Shown: positions 17,717 to 27,036 of the stretch, one piece after another | Layout: the number at the start of each line of letters is the position of its first letter | Position numbering within the stretch: the first letter of the stretch is position 1 | Source of the DNA: Candidatus Terraquivivens ruidianensis | GTDB lineage: Archaea; Thermoproteota; Nitrososphaeria_A; Caldarchaeales; Wolframiiraptoraceae | Length of the DNA: 53,753 nt | Reading direction: 5' to 3' | NCBI GenBank assembly: GCA_023267885.1 | Contig: JALNLB010000006.1 | Location: 1 to 53,753 of the forward strand | Position numbers and translations under genes: made by a program | Notes under the pieces: generated by a model | Seen by the model: only the letters and a program-made list of their open reading frames with translations | Database searches by the model: none | Told to the model about the DNA's origin: nothing

Positions 17717-18586
17717 ATGGGCAGCATGTCTGACAAACCTGTGCGCCGTGTAAGGATGCTTGTGCCGATTATCGTCAGCCTATCTATGGCATGGCTCTTC
17801 TTGGCCTTAATAATGCTCTCAAGTGTAGAGCCGCTGATGTTGCTGCTAACACCCTTTGAAGAACCGACGAACGGTCAGGATTTTGAGGTACTCCTTAGAA
17901 ACCCCATGCCCTACCTAAACGCGCTGGTATTCTTAGGAGTAGTATTCGCGGGCAGTGTGCTCGTGGTAATCTTCTTGAAACTCTTGAAGAAGTTCGTAAG
18001 GGCTTTAGTCACGGGTGCTCTTTGGCTCGTTGCCTTCTCCGTCTTGTCCTTCTATACGTTGGTATGCTTGCGTGCCTTGCTCCTTGAAAGCAACCTCTAT
18101 AACATTTGGCTACCTGCTGTAGTGCTCATGGCTACGGTTACAGCATACATCTCAACATCTAAGAGAGGTCTCCTGAGCCTTTTGACCTGCGGGCTTATAA
18201 GCACGGGCGCTGGCGTAGCCTTGGGTAACAGCATACCTTTCTGGACAGCTATCGTTCTCTTACTTGCTATCTCGGTTTACGACGTGCTAGCAGTTTTAAG
18301 GGGTCATCTCAGAATTTTAAAAGAGCACGAGCTCGAAAGCCTGAGGGGCCTTGTTGTGAAGTATGATGACCTGATGATAGGGCTCGGTGACATGTTCTTC
18401 TACGCGTTTCTCACATCTTTCGCGACGCTTCATATGGGAGTCCTCGCGGGCATCGGCGGAACCTTCGGCATGCTGGTAGGATACGTCCTAACGCTGAAGT
18501 TGTTAGAAAGAAGATGGATGCTACCAGGCTTACCTATCCCTATCTTAATCGGATTGGTCCTCGCCCTACTCTTTGGCTACCTCTAA
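17717..18586 (+). CDS. Presenilin / signal-peptide-peptidase-like intramembrane aspartyl protease
   Basis: 289 aa, polytopic. Catalytic motifs ISVYDVLAV (YD) and IGLGDMFFY (GxGD), plus a PAL-like LPGLPIP near the C-terminus. Confidence 0.7.
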   Translation: MGSMSDKPVRRVRMLVPIIVSLSMAWLFLALIMLSSVEPLMLLLTPFEEPTNGQDFEVLLRNPMPYLNALVFLGVVFAGSVLVVIFLKLLKKFVRALVTGALWLVAFSVLSFYTLVCLRALLLESNLYNIWLPAVVLMATVTAYISTSKRGLLSLLTCGLISTGAGVALGNSIPFWTAIVLLLAISVYDVLAVLRGHLRILKEHELESLRGLVVKYDDLMIGLGDMFFYAFLTSFATLHMGVLAGIGGTFGMLVGYVLTLKLLERRWMLPGLPIPILIGLVLALLFGYL

Positions 18587-19086
18587 TATGCCGTAACGGA
18601 TTTCACTGTCGGAATCTTCAGCATCTTCTTAATGGCATCGCCCGAAGGATGCTTTTCGAGGACGAGTATCAGCCTCGGCTCGGGAAATAGGTCCGGATCC
18701 TCGGCGGAGGCCTGCCTTATCGGTATACCCTCCTCGGCGATTATCGAAGTGACCTTTGCGAGCACACCGACGGCAGAAGGGTCTGCTTTGACCTCAAGGA
18801 CAGAGTAGCCCAAGGCCTTTGCTATTGGTGACAGCAACGCTCCCGCAGGCCTTAGGCCCGTGAAAATCCTTTTTAGGGTCTCATCTGACAATAAGTATTC
18901 GACGGTCTTCCTTACGATCCTCCTATCAACGCCAGCAGCCCTGGCTAGGGCTAAGTCGGTTATATCCACAGGCCCAACGACCAGATTTCCATGCTCCGTG
19001 ATACCAATTCCGTGCTCTATCATAAGCCTGACTACCTTGATGCGTGCAGGATATTCGCTAAGTTGTTCCAGAATGCTCTTCCACAT
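18583..19086 (-). CDS. ACT-domain regulator with an N-terminal wHTH-like segment (COG2150-type)
   Basis: I moved the start to ATG 19086 (MWKSILEQL). ACT-like segment YSVLEVKADPSAVGVLAKVTSIIAEEGIPIRQ. The ORF-track start 19182 would abut the divergent gene. Confidence 0.55.
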   Translation of the reverse strand: MWKSILEQLSEYPARIKVVRLMIEHGIGITEHGNLVVGPVDITDLALARAAGVDRRIVRKTVEYLLSDETLKRIFTGLRPAGALLSPIAKALGYSVLEVKADPSAVGVLAKVTSIIAEEGIPIRQASAEDPDLFPEPRLILVLEKHPSGDAIKKMLKIPTVKSVTAY

Positions 19087-19180
19087 CTCTCGATGACAAT
19101 TTTTGTGCATAAAAGTCTGTTGTATATAAGCTTTTTGGACATGGTAAAGGATTTCTACCGAAAAGCTCACGAGTAATATC

Positions 19181-20098
19181 ATGTCACTTTATAATAAGGC
19201 TCATGACATAGCAACGTGCTGTCAGCTTGCGCTTCTTTTGGAGGTGAGCGCTTATCCCAAGCCTGGTCTCGTGCACAGGACGAGGGATTTCCGTGAGACT
19301 AGGTTTGAGCACTTTCTCTCGTCTGCATCCTCTCTCTACCGGCCCTTCTTCGAGGCCGCGATGGTTGGCTTAAAGGGAAAGGACTCGCTCGGGCCTCTGG
19401 TAAGGATTGCAGTAAAACGAATGCTCAGCTGGCAGCATGGTGGTAACACGCACCTGGGTGCTCTGCTGCTGATCATGCCAATAGCAACGGCGGCCGGCAT
19501 GGTTGGGGATTCCTTTGTCAGACCGAGTAAGCTTAGAAAGAAATTGAAGAGTGTTCTGAGGATGATGGGGCCCGAGGATACCGAAGAGATTTTCCAGTCT
19601 ATAGCCTACGTCATGCCTGGGGGTCTTGGAAGGGTTCCATACCTGGACGTGAGGGAGCCGAAGACTTACGAAGAAATTAGGCGCAAGAGGATTACGCCCT
19701 TAATGGCATTAGAGCTTTACAAGGACAGAGACGTTGTCGCACATGAGTGGACGACGGGTTACAACCTGACGTTCGAGTTAGGATACAAAGAACTGAGGAG
19801 GCAGATGTCAAGGACGAAGGATCTGAACAAGGCGGTCGTTAACGCGTTCTTGGGTATGCTGGCCCGAAAACCAGATACGCTTGTAATAAGGAGGGCAGGA
19901 ATCCAGGTTGCTAGGCTCGCATCGGCCATGGCGGCGAGAGCCGTTAAGCTGGGAGGTCTAAGCTCCATAAAAGGAAGGGAAGAGGTCGAAAGGATGGACG
20001 AACGATTCAGGATAGGTAAATTATTAAGACCCGGCGCAACGGCGGACCTATTATGCTCATCCTTAGCGGTCCTCTTATTGGAGGGCTTCAGGCCTTAA
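19181..20098 (+). CDS. Triphosphoribosyl-dephospho-CoA synthase (CitG/MdcB) family protein
   Basis: 305 aa. The N-terminal block LLEVSAYPKPGLVHR is typical of the CitG family. Confidence 0.7.
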   Translation: MSLYNKAHDIATCCQLALLLEVSAYPKPGLVHRTRDFRETRFEHFLSSASSLYRPFFEAAMVGLKGKDSLGPLVRIAVKRMLSWQHGGNTHLGALLLIMPIATAAGMVGDSFVRPSKLRKKLKSVLRMMGPEDTEEIFQSIAYVMPGGLGRVPYLDVREPKTYEEIRRKRITPLMALELYKDRDVVAHEWTTGYNLTFELGYKELRRQMSRTKDLNKAVVNAFLGMLARKPDTLVIRRAGIQVARLASAMAARAVKLGGLSSIKGREEVERMDERFRIGKLLRPGATADLLCSSLAVLLLEGFRP

Positions 20099-20130
20099 GC
20101 GCTTTTATGCGCCCGGGAGTATGAAAGACC

Positions 20131-20823
20131 ATGCCCGACGTTTACGCAGAAGGAAGCCTCGAGGAATTCATAGAGATAAACCGCATAATTCCCCGCATCG
20201 TTTACGAATGTATACTGACTACGGGAGCAGGTGACGAGACGAATGCAGCGCCTATGGGCGTCGTCATTAAAAAAGACATGATAGTACTCCGACCATTTAA
20301 GACTACAAAGAGCTACAGATTGTTGATGCGTGCTCCATACGGTGTCGTTAACTTCACCGATGACGTTGAAGTATTCTACGCAACCGCCTTCGATACGGAA
20401 GGTAGCTTCAGCGAACTCTTAACGGCGTCTGTGTCGGTACCTACGCCGTCGCTGGCAAACACATACGCTAGGTTAGAGTTTGTCGTGGATAGTGTAGCGG
20501 ACGAACACGGGGACAGGGCAACTTTTAACTGTAGAGTACTCAAGGCTTTATGGAAGCATGGATATATAAGGCCGTATACGAGGGCCGAGCACGCCATCAT
20601 CGAATCGCTCATTCACGCAACGAGGATAAAATGCTTCTTGGAGCGTGGCATGGCTCAGGAGGCCGTCAGGCTGGCACTCCTCGTCAAGCATTATGACGCA
20701 TTAGTCTCTAGGATAGCGCCGAACACCGTTTATTCATCAATAATGGATAAGCTAAGGACGCTAATTTCCGGCTGGGGCTTATCTGGACTTTCTCCATGCT
20801 CTTTTGAGTTCCAAGACGATTAA
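20131..20823 (+). CDS. DUF447-family (split-barrel, flavin-binding-like) protein
   Basis: 230 aa. The block ILTTGAGDETNAAPMGV ... GVVNFTDD resembles archaeal DUF447 proteins. By-eye call; pairing with a CitG-like gene fits the known co-occurrence. Confidence 0.55.
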   Translation: MPDVYAEGSLEEFIEINRIIPRIVYECILTTGAGDETNAAPMGVVIKKDMIVLRPFKTTKSYRLLMRAPYGVVNFTDDVEVFYATAFDTEGSFSELLTASVSVPTPSLANTYARLEFVVDSVADEHGDRATFNCRVLKALWKHGYIRPYTRAEHAIIESLIHATRIKCFLERGMAQEAVRLALLVKHYDALVSRIAPNTVYSSIMDKLRTLISGWGLSGLSPCSFEFQDD

Positions 20824-21345
20824 GAGGGCGTTAACGACGATAATAAACACGAGGATTATGCGGCCGTAGGGGGGAAACATCTCGCCCTTCAGGAAAAGCG
20901 ATAGGTAGCCTATGCCAGTCCAGTAGGGTAGCTTCATCCCCGTCCACTTTCCTACTATGTAGTCTGGCGGAACAGGACTCCAAGGGTCTGTTACGGAGTT
21001 GGCATCGCCTTTCGTGATGAAACCACCCTCATCGACTCCTATGGCTCTATGCACGATGAGATAGTTTAAATCGCCGTAGTGTGGGGGCTTGAAGAACACT
21101 ATCACGTCACCGTCTTTCGGGTCTGCCCTTATCTCGGAAGGTTTGACAGGTATGGTGATTATTATATCGCCGGTATGTATTATCGGCTCCATGCTCCCAC
21201 TCTTCACCACCAATAACGGAAAGGACGTACCGATGGCGCCTTGGACGGCAGAGAATATGCTGACGGTTACCAAAAATATGAAGAATGCGTAGAAGAAGTA
21301 GAGGGGTAAGCGCTTTATGGTTTTAAGCTGGACCATGCGGCCCAC
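20779..21345 (-). CDS. Signal peptidase I, archaeal/ER (Sec11/SipW) type
   Basis: 188 aa. N-terminal TM, Ser box VKSGSMEP, His box LIVHRAIG, ITKGDANSVTD, and a C-terminal TM. GTG 21345 directly abuts the upstream stop; the alternative ATG is at 21336. Confidence 0.85.
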   Translation of the reverse strand: MGRMVQLKTIKRLPLYFFYAFFIFLVTVSIFSAVQGAIGTSFPLLVVKSGSMEPIIHTGDIIITIPVKPSEIRADPKDGDVIVFFKPPHYGDLNYLIVHRAIGVDEGGFITKGDANSVTDPWSPVPPDYIVGKWTGMKLPYWTGIGYLSLFLKGEMFPPYGRIILVFIIVVNALLIVLELKRAWRKSR

Positions 21346-24069
21346 CTAAAGCCTTGGCAGACGTCTTCTTTGAACACTTACATCTTCCCTGCCACGAGCT
21401 TTTTGCCTCCGCAACGTTGGCATTCGCAGAGCACCTCGCCTCTTGATAAATTTTTTCATGCAAAAGAAGCCGACCAATCCGATAATCCCTAACGCTGCGC
21501 CGAGCGCGATGTAAGCTTCTGCTACCTTCGGCGTAAAGTGGACTATAACAACCTCGTTGTTAGAGTTGGCATCGTAAGTTGAGTCGATTACGTAATCGCC
21601 TACCCTGATTTGACAGCCGTACGTGCCTTTGGCAAGGTATGTGGAGAACGTACCGTCCGAGCCAGTAGTTCCGGATATGGGCATGCCTTCTTCTCTTGAG
21701 AGCGTCACTCCAGCGCCCTCAATCGGCTTGCCCCTTACGTCCTTCAACTTGATAACTGTCAAGTAGACCTCCGCATCTAGAGCCATGTTGACCTTCTCAT
21801 AGATCGAGAGGTCCTTCCTAGAAACCTCGGTATCTTGGTAGTAGGCGGCGAAGGTGTAGTCACCTTTTGGTAACCTCTTTGATATTTTGCCAGCCTTATC
21901 CAAGTCGAGCGTCATCAGCTCCCTTCCCCCGAGGTAGACCTTGACGTAGCCGGATGACATCGGCTTGCCGTCCATCATCTTATAACTCAGCGTCACAATG
22001 TAGACTTTCGATAGGAGCTCCACGGATTGCTCGTCGTATTGCAACTCAGGGCTGGTCTCGCCCGCAGAAACACCGTAAAGATAGTACCTGATCAAAAGCT
22101 TTGAGGCTGGTAGGTTCTCCACTCTTGCGGTACCTTCAGCCGTCACGTTGGCCTTTAGCTCGTAGTTTCCAAACAAAACAGAAACTGTACCTTCGTCTAG
22201 CGGCATCTTATCCGCGTCGAAGACCTTGACCACGACGTCGTATACGTACGTTCTCGATATCGTGCGTAGAATACTGGAGGTTACCGTTAAGGAATCGCTA
22301 TAAATTTCGACATTATACAGCTTGATTGATAAGCTACATGTCGTTTGGGGAACGTTCCTTATTACAGCAATGCCTGAGGAGTTCGTTAAACCTCTCAACT
22401 TAGCATCTCCGACTTTAACGATCACTTCTGCATTATCGATGGGCGCTACGCCATCATAGTCTAAAACCTCAAGCTTAAGGTTGTGGACACTGGTCTCGAC
22501 CGTAATCTCATGGTTGCCCTCGATCACTATGTCTCCTACTGTAGCTACGTCAAGGCCCATATGCTTTACATGGAGGGAATATCTTATCGGTATAAGACCC
22601 GTCACGATGGCCAGACCTTCGTCGTCAGCCGTTATATCGCCCAAGGTTTTTTCGTCGTAAGTCTTAACAGTAACGGTCGCTGGAACCCCGCCGCCCTCTG
22701 AGTTTACGAGTGTTACGTTTAGTTTGTAGGTCTTTAGTTTTACACTAACTGTTTCCCTATCGGTACTAAAGCTGATCTCTCCCTCACCTACTAAATAAGC
22801 ACCGTAATGAACTTCGTAGTTGTAAGTGGTGGGTGGTACGTCGTTGATGGTCGCTAAACCTTGTGTAGTCGTAGCCATAATGCTGAAGGCATTGTCTAAG
22901 CTAAGCGTTACCTTAACATACTCCCTCAGCTTTTCGTTGAAAAGCCCCTCATCACTAACCTGAACGAAAAGGTCGTAGAATTTTGCGTTTATGTTCAACA
23001 AGGCTGTCTGTTCGTTTACCTCGTAGGTCCCCTCGTACACTTTAACGCCCGCAAAACTTACGACCAACCTATAGCTTCTCGGATAATATACATGACCCAG
23101 CCTTAAGGTACCGTCCTTTGTGAGGACTGCCTCACCATATGATGTGCCATCCCGAAAGAGCTGACCCTTAAGCTCGTAGTTATCGCCTTTAATAACCTTG
23201 TTACCTTTAGAGTTGTAAACGGTTACGTTGACCATCTGGAGAGGTGCGCTCACGGAGTGAACCTTGTCTTCCGTGACGCTCACGGTATCGTTAGCCAAGA
23301 TATCACCTCTATAGGTTGAAAGGACGATGTAGTTTTCCGAAACTAAGTATTTCAGGAATGCCTTTCCGTCAGAGCCGCTGGTCGCGGTAGCGTAAATAGG
23401 GTATACCTTAGAGCCGTTCCAGACCTTTACCTCAGCACCCTGGACGGGTCTGCCATTCCTATCGTTTATCCTTACCGTTAGGTTATATAACATCGCCCTT
23501 ACATCAATACTCCTCGTATTCTCGCCAAGGGTTTTTTCCTCGTTAAGAACTTCTCTACCGGCATAAATTACCCTCACCCTATAGCCGGATGTCCATGGTA
23601 GATTTTCGAACGTTACAACACCGTCGCTACCAGTTTTGCTCTCCCTTTCCAGCACGTTGACTTTTATTATTACGATGGCATTCGGGACCGCATTCTTGCC
23701 AGAGTTGTCGTATACCCTTATCCTCCAGTTCGAGACGCTCGCGGTAAACGTAACAGAGCTGGAGCCGGTTGCGTTAAAAGCGGCAACCTCGTAAACAGAA
23801 AAGCCGAGATAAGTTATCTTTATCGAATGGTTCGCATAAAGGTTAACGTTAGTAAACGATGCGACGCCGTTGGCATCGGTGGTCTTAGAAACCGGGTTGG
23901 TCGTTGCGTTTATTGTCACAATTGCGTTAGGGAGCGGAACATTGTCTTTATTCTTGGCTGTAATACTGAGCGTTCCATAAGAGGCGGACGCTGAGGGAAA
24001 AGATAATACTATAACAACTAACGCGAGCGAAAGAACGGCCAAGGATAGAAGCCAAACACCATGCTTCAT
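21346..24069 (-). CDS. Large secreted, membrane-anchored surface protein with ten tandem beta-sandwich (CarboxypepD_reg/PEGA-like) repeats
   Basis: 907 aa. Signal peptide MKHGVWLLSLAVLSLALVVIVLSFPSASA|SYG, then ten ~80-85-aa beta-rich repeats. C-terminal TM AYIALGAALGIIGLVGFFCM is followed by an Arg/Lys-rich tail. About ten N-x-S/T sequons. Confidence 0.8.
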   Translation of the reverse strand: MKHGVWLLSLAVLSLALVVIVLSFPSASASYGTLSITAKNKDNVPLPNAIVTINATTNPVSKTTDANGVASFTNVNLYANHSIKITYLGFSVYEVAAFNATGSSSVTFTASVSNWRIRVYDNSGKNAVPNAIVIIKVNVLERESKTGSDGVVTFENLPWTSGYRVRVIYAGREVLNEEKTLGENTRSIDVRAMLYNLTVRINDRNGRPVQGAEVKVWNGSKVYPIYATATSGSDGKAFLKYLVSENYIVLSTYRGDILANDTVSVTEDKVHSVSAPLQMVNVTVYNSKGNKVIKGDNYELKGQLFRDGTSYGEAVLTKDGTLRLGHVYYPRSYRLVVSFAGVKVYEGTYEVNEQTALLNINAKFYDLFVQVSDEGLFNEKLREYVKVTLSLDNAFSIMATTTQGLATINDVPPTTYNYEVHYGAYLVGEGEISFSTDRETVSVKLKTYKLNVTLVNSEGGGVPATVTVKTYDEKTLGDITADDEGLAIVTGLIPIRYSLHVKHMGLDVATVGDIVIEGNHEITVETSVHNLKLEVLDYDGVAPIDNAEVIVKVGDAKLRGLTNSSGIAVIRNVPQTTCSLSIKLYNVEIYSDSLTVTSSILRTISRTYVYDVVVKVFDADKMPLDEGTVSVLFGNYELKANVTAEGTARVENLPASKLLIRYYLYGVSAGETSPELQYDEQSVELLSKVYIVTLSYKMMDGKPMSSGYVKVYLGGRELMTLDLDKAGKISKRLPKGDYTFAAYYQDTEVSRKDLSIYEKVNMALDAEVYLTVIKLKDVRGKPIEGAGVTLSREEGMPISGTTGSDGTFSTYLAKGTYGCQIRVGDYVIDSTYDANSNNEVVIVHFTPKVAEAYIALGAALGIIGLVGFFCMKKFIKRRGALRMPTLRRQKARGREDVSVQRRRLPRL

Positions 24070-24147
24070 TTTTGTAAATTCTATATAGGGAATGTGCCTT
24101 TAAGCTTTTTGAACCTAAGGATATATGGAGGGTATTAGGAGAATATT

Positions 24148-24579
24148 ATGGTGTGCAAGATGGCTGTTTGGTCGAGCGAGCTCTCGATGAAAACTAAGGG
24201 CGAGGGTGACGTGGTTAATATAACGGATGTAGTAGACTCAGCTGTGAGAAGCTCCGGCATATTGAACGGCATAGTGAACGTGTTCGTCATCGGCTCAACC
24301 GCGGCCATAACGACGATAGAGCATGAGCCGGGTCTAGTTCGCGATATATCAGATATTTTGGATAGGGTGGCACCTAGGAACCATCCGTACAAGCATCACG
24401 AAAGGTGGGGTGATTACAACGGACACTCCCATATAAGGGCGGCTCTGATAGGTCCCAGCATATCCGTTCCATTAAGAGGCGGAAAGCTTTTGCTGGGAAC
24501 TTGGCAACAATTAGTCTTCTTGGAGTTGGACGTTAGGCCAAGGGACAGGAAGGTTATCGTCACAGTCGTGGGCGAGTAG
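24148..24579 (+). CDS. YjbQ / UPF0047 family protein (secondary thiamine-phosphate synthase-like)
   Basis: 143 aa. Blocks TAAITTIEHEPGL, NGHSHIRAALIGPS and LGTWQQLVFLELD. Confidence 0.8.
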   Translation: MVCKMAVWSSELSMKTKGEGDVVNITDVVDSAVRSSGILNGIVNVFVIGSTAAITTIEHEPGLVRDISDILDRVAPRNHPYKHHERWGDYNGHSHIRAALIGPSISVPLRGGKLLLGTWQQLVFLELDVRPRDRKVIVTVVGE

Positions 24580-24581
24580 GA

Positions 24582-25163
24582 CTACCTCTGGGATGACGAT
24601 ATAGTGTCCAGAGCCCACCTTATTGAGTTTACGACTTCCCTTAACCTTACATCGTCTCGATAATTCCTTACGATTATCTCTCTGACCTCTTCTCCCTCGT
24701 AGACTATATCGTAGCTCAGCTCTTTACTTGGCTCCAGCTTTCCTGCCTCAACGCTCTCCTTATCGACCTTAACCATAGCATCCAGAACCTTCTTTATCAG
24801 GAACGACGAGAAGGGTCTCATATCGGACGTTATGTGTAGCTCGGGGTTGACAGTAAGCCTGATCTCATCCGGCGTTACCGTTAGCATCCCGAGCAGATTT
24901 CCGGATTTGCCGCGAAGGTTTCTCACAGCACCCAGCTCCTTTGGCCTTTCCTCTTTTTTCATAACCTCTACAGTCTTCGGTTTCTCTTCCTTCTTAATGG
25001 TTTCTACTGTCTTGAAACTTTTCGCGGCCAGCTGCTCGTCCACGATCGAGACGAGGAGCCTCAGGGCTTCGACCTCGCTTGAAAGTTCCCCGATCCTCCT
25101 CTCCAAGTAGCTCTTAACCATCGCCAACTTCTTCAGCCTTTCTTCACCGACTTCCTCGGACAT
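24582..25163 (-). CDS. Hypothetical coiled-coil protein coupled to DNA ligase
   Basis: ATG 25163 (MSEEVGEERL) lies 5 nt after the ligase stop; the ORF-track start 25193 would overlap the ligase. N-terminal heptad-like helix, a tandem TVE-x-x-KKEE-K/R-PK duplication, and a C-terminal ~110-aa mixed domain. I recognise no family. Confidence 0.6.
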   Translation of the reverse strand: MSEEVGEERLKKLAMVKSYLERRIGELSSEVEALRLLVSIVDEQLAAKSFKTVETIKKEEKPKTVEVMKKEERPKELGAVRNLRGKSGNLLGMLTVTPDEIRLTVNPELHITSDMRPFSSFLIKKVLDAMVKVDKESVEAGKLEPSKELSYDIVYEGEEVREIIVRNYRDDVRLREVVNSIRWALDTISSSQR

Positions 25164-25167
25164 TTCC

Positions 25168-26946
25168 TTAAGCACCCTCCGTCGGTTTCTCAACCACCTT
25201 CTTCAACTGTCCCTCATACATTGACATTATCTCCGAAGACGTTGTCGCATCCTCTGGAGACTTGTCTAACCTGAACCTACCCGTGAAGCGTGGAAACCTA
25301 ATAGCAAGGCCAGACCCCTCCCTCACTAAACCCCAGCAGCATGTGTGGACAGGGCTGAGCGTTATCTCATCGCCGATTATCTCTAGAACTATAGCAGGCT
25401 TGAGCCATACGTCCGGTTGCATGCTGGAATCGACCCTTGGAGACTTGTCCTTCGATATATAGGGCGACAGCATCTCCGGCAACTTAGCTAAATCCTCGTC
25501 CGTGAAGCCCGAGCCTACCTTGCAGACAGACTCGAAGACATCCTTCTCGGAATTGTATGCTGCCATGAGGAGTGCACCGAACTTTCCTCTCCTTTTTCCC
25601 CTTCCATAGAAGGCTCCCACCACGACGAGGTCGACTGTGTCAACCATCTTTGATATGTAAGAGCGTTTATACTTAATCCATAGCCAGCCCCTAGCTCCTG
25701 CCTTGTAGAGAGACTCCGGAGATATCGACTTAACGATGGCACCCTCGCAGCCGCTCTCCACAGTTCTCAGGAAGAACTCTTCTAGCTCCTCGGGCTTTTC
25801 GACCAGCTTGCTCTCCGTCAGCATAACCCTCTCATTAACCTCTACCACATTTTCCAGTACCTTTCTCCTTTCCAGAAGCGGCTTAGATGTCAAGTCTTGC
25901 CCGTCCACGTAAAGTGCATCAAAGAAGAAGAGACTAACCGGATACTCCTCTATAGCCTTCTCGATATCGTACTTCCTCCTTCTATGCATCAGTTCTTGGA
26001 AAGGTAGCATATCGCCTGTTTCAGGGTCTATTGCGACGGCCTCGCACTCGGCTATGACTTCTTTCGCCTTTATACAATCCCTAGCATACTTGACAACGTC
26101 AGGATATTGTGCGGTTATGTTCTCCTGACGCCTCGAGAAGATTATTATCTCGTCACCCTTCTTATGTATCTGCATTCTCTCACCATCGTACTTAAACTCC
26201 GCCAGACCCCTGCCGTCCAACTTCTCCAGAATCTCCTCGGCAGTAGAAAGCCTCTCTGCCAGCATGGGCCTTATCGGGTTTCCAACCCTTATCTTAAACT
26301 CCTCTATGGCCTTCAGCCCCCCCTCGACCGCGACTTTCGCAACGAGACCTATGTCCGAGCTTATGTTGTATGCTCTCTCGAAAGCCTCCCTGACCTCCTT
26401 GCCACCTCCGTATGCCACGGCAAGGGCGTCCAGTATCGTCATGTCCGCGACACCAAGCCTCATCGTACCGGTTACTATTCTCATGATGTACTTGGCCTCC
26501 TTTGGCTGTGCAGATCCGAGGATTCCGGTGAGAACTTGGAGCTTCGTCTCTATAGCACCTTCTCCTGTAGTCCTTGCTATCTTCTCCAGCGACGAGTATA
26601 CGCGCTCGACCGTCAGAGGTTCTGCGAAAAGGACGGCCTGGGCCTTCGAGGCGAGGAGCCTCTCAGCCACTAACCCTATATCGCCCAGCTTTCCGTAGAG
26701 CTCTTGCACCTTCTTATCCGATACGCCAGTAACCGCTTTGAGCGCTCTAAGTGCCAGCTTATCCGCAACGCCGAGCTCTATCCCGACAAATGGCGGGTAA
26801 AGCTCGCCCAAAGTCATGTAGGCGACCTTATCTATTATCTCAGGGTTTGCCCTCTTGAAGAGCTCCACGAGTATGTCAGTCATTTCCAGCCTCTTCGTCG
26901 TGACCTCTATCCTCTCGTAGAACTCCACGAGTTCCGAGAACAGCAT
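25168..26946 (-). CDS. lig: ATP-dependent DNA ligase
   Basis: 592 aa. Adenylation motif EFKYDGERMQIH, further motifs FFFDALYVDG, EGAIVK and LWIKYK, and an OB-fold C-terminal domain. Confidence 0.95.
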   Translation of the reverse strand: MLFSELVEFYERIEVTTKRLEMTDILVELFKRANPEIIDKVAYMTLGELYPPFVGIELGVADKLALRALKAVTGVSDKKVQELYGKLGDIGLVAERLLASKAQAVLFAEPLTVERVYSSLEKIARTTGEGAIETKLQVLTGILGSAQPKEAKYIMRIVTGTMRLGVADMTILDALAVAYGGGKEVREAFERAYNISSDIGLVAKVAVEGGLKAIEEFKIRVGNPIRPMLAERLSTAEEILEKLDGRGLAEFKYDGERMQIHKKGDEIIIFSRRQENITAQYPDVVKYARDCIKAKEVIAECEAVAIDPETGDMLPFQELMHRRRKYDIEKAIEEYPVSLFFFDALYVDGQDLTSKPLLERRKVLENVVEVNERVMLTESKLVEKPEELEEFFLRTVESGCEGAIVKSISPESLYKAGARGWLWIKYKRSYISKMVDTVDLVVVGAFYGRGKRRGKFGALLMAAYNSEKDVFESVCKVGSGFTDEDLAKLPEMLSPYISKDKSPRVDSSMQPDVWLKPAIVLEIIGDEITLSPVHTCCWGLVREGSGLAIRFPRFTGRFRLDKSPEDATTSSEIMSMYEGQLKKVVEKPTEGA

Positions 26947-27036
26947 TCCAAGCCATTATATTCGATACTTAGGCTCATAGATAAACCATTATCGAGTCGA
27001 TTTACGGCTTAAGTGCACGGAGAGCATTTTGAGATA

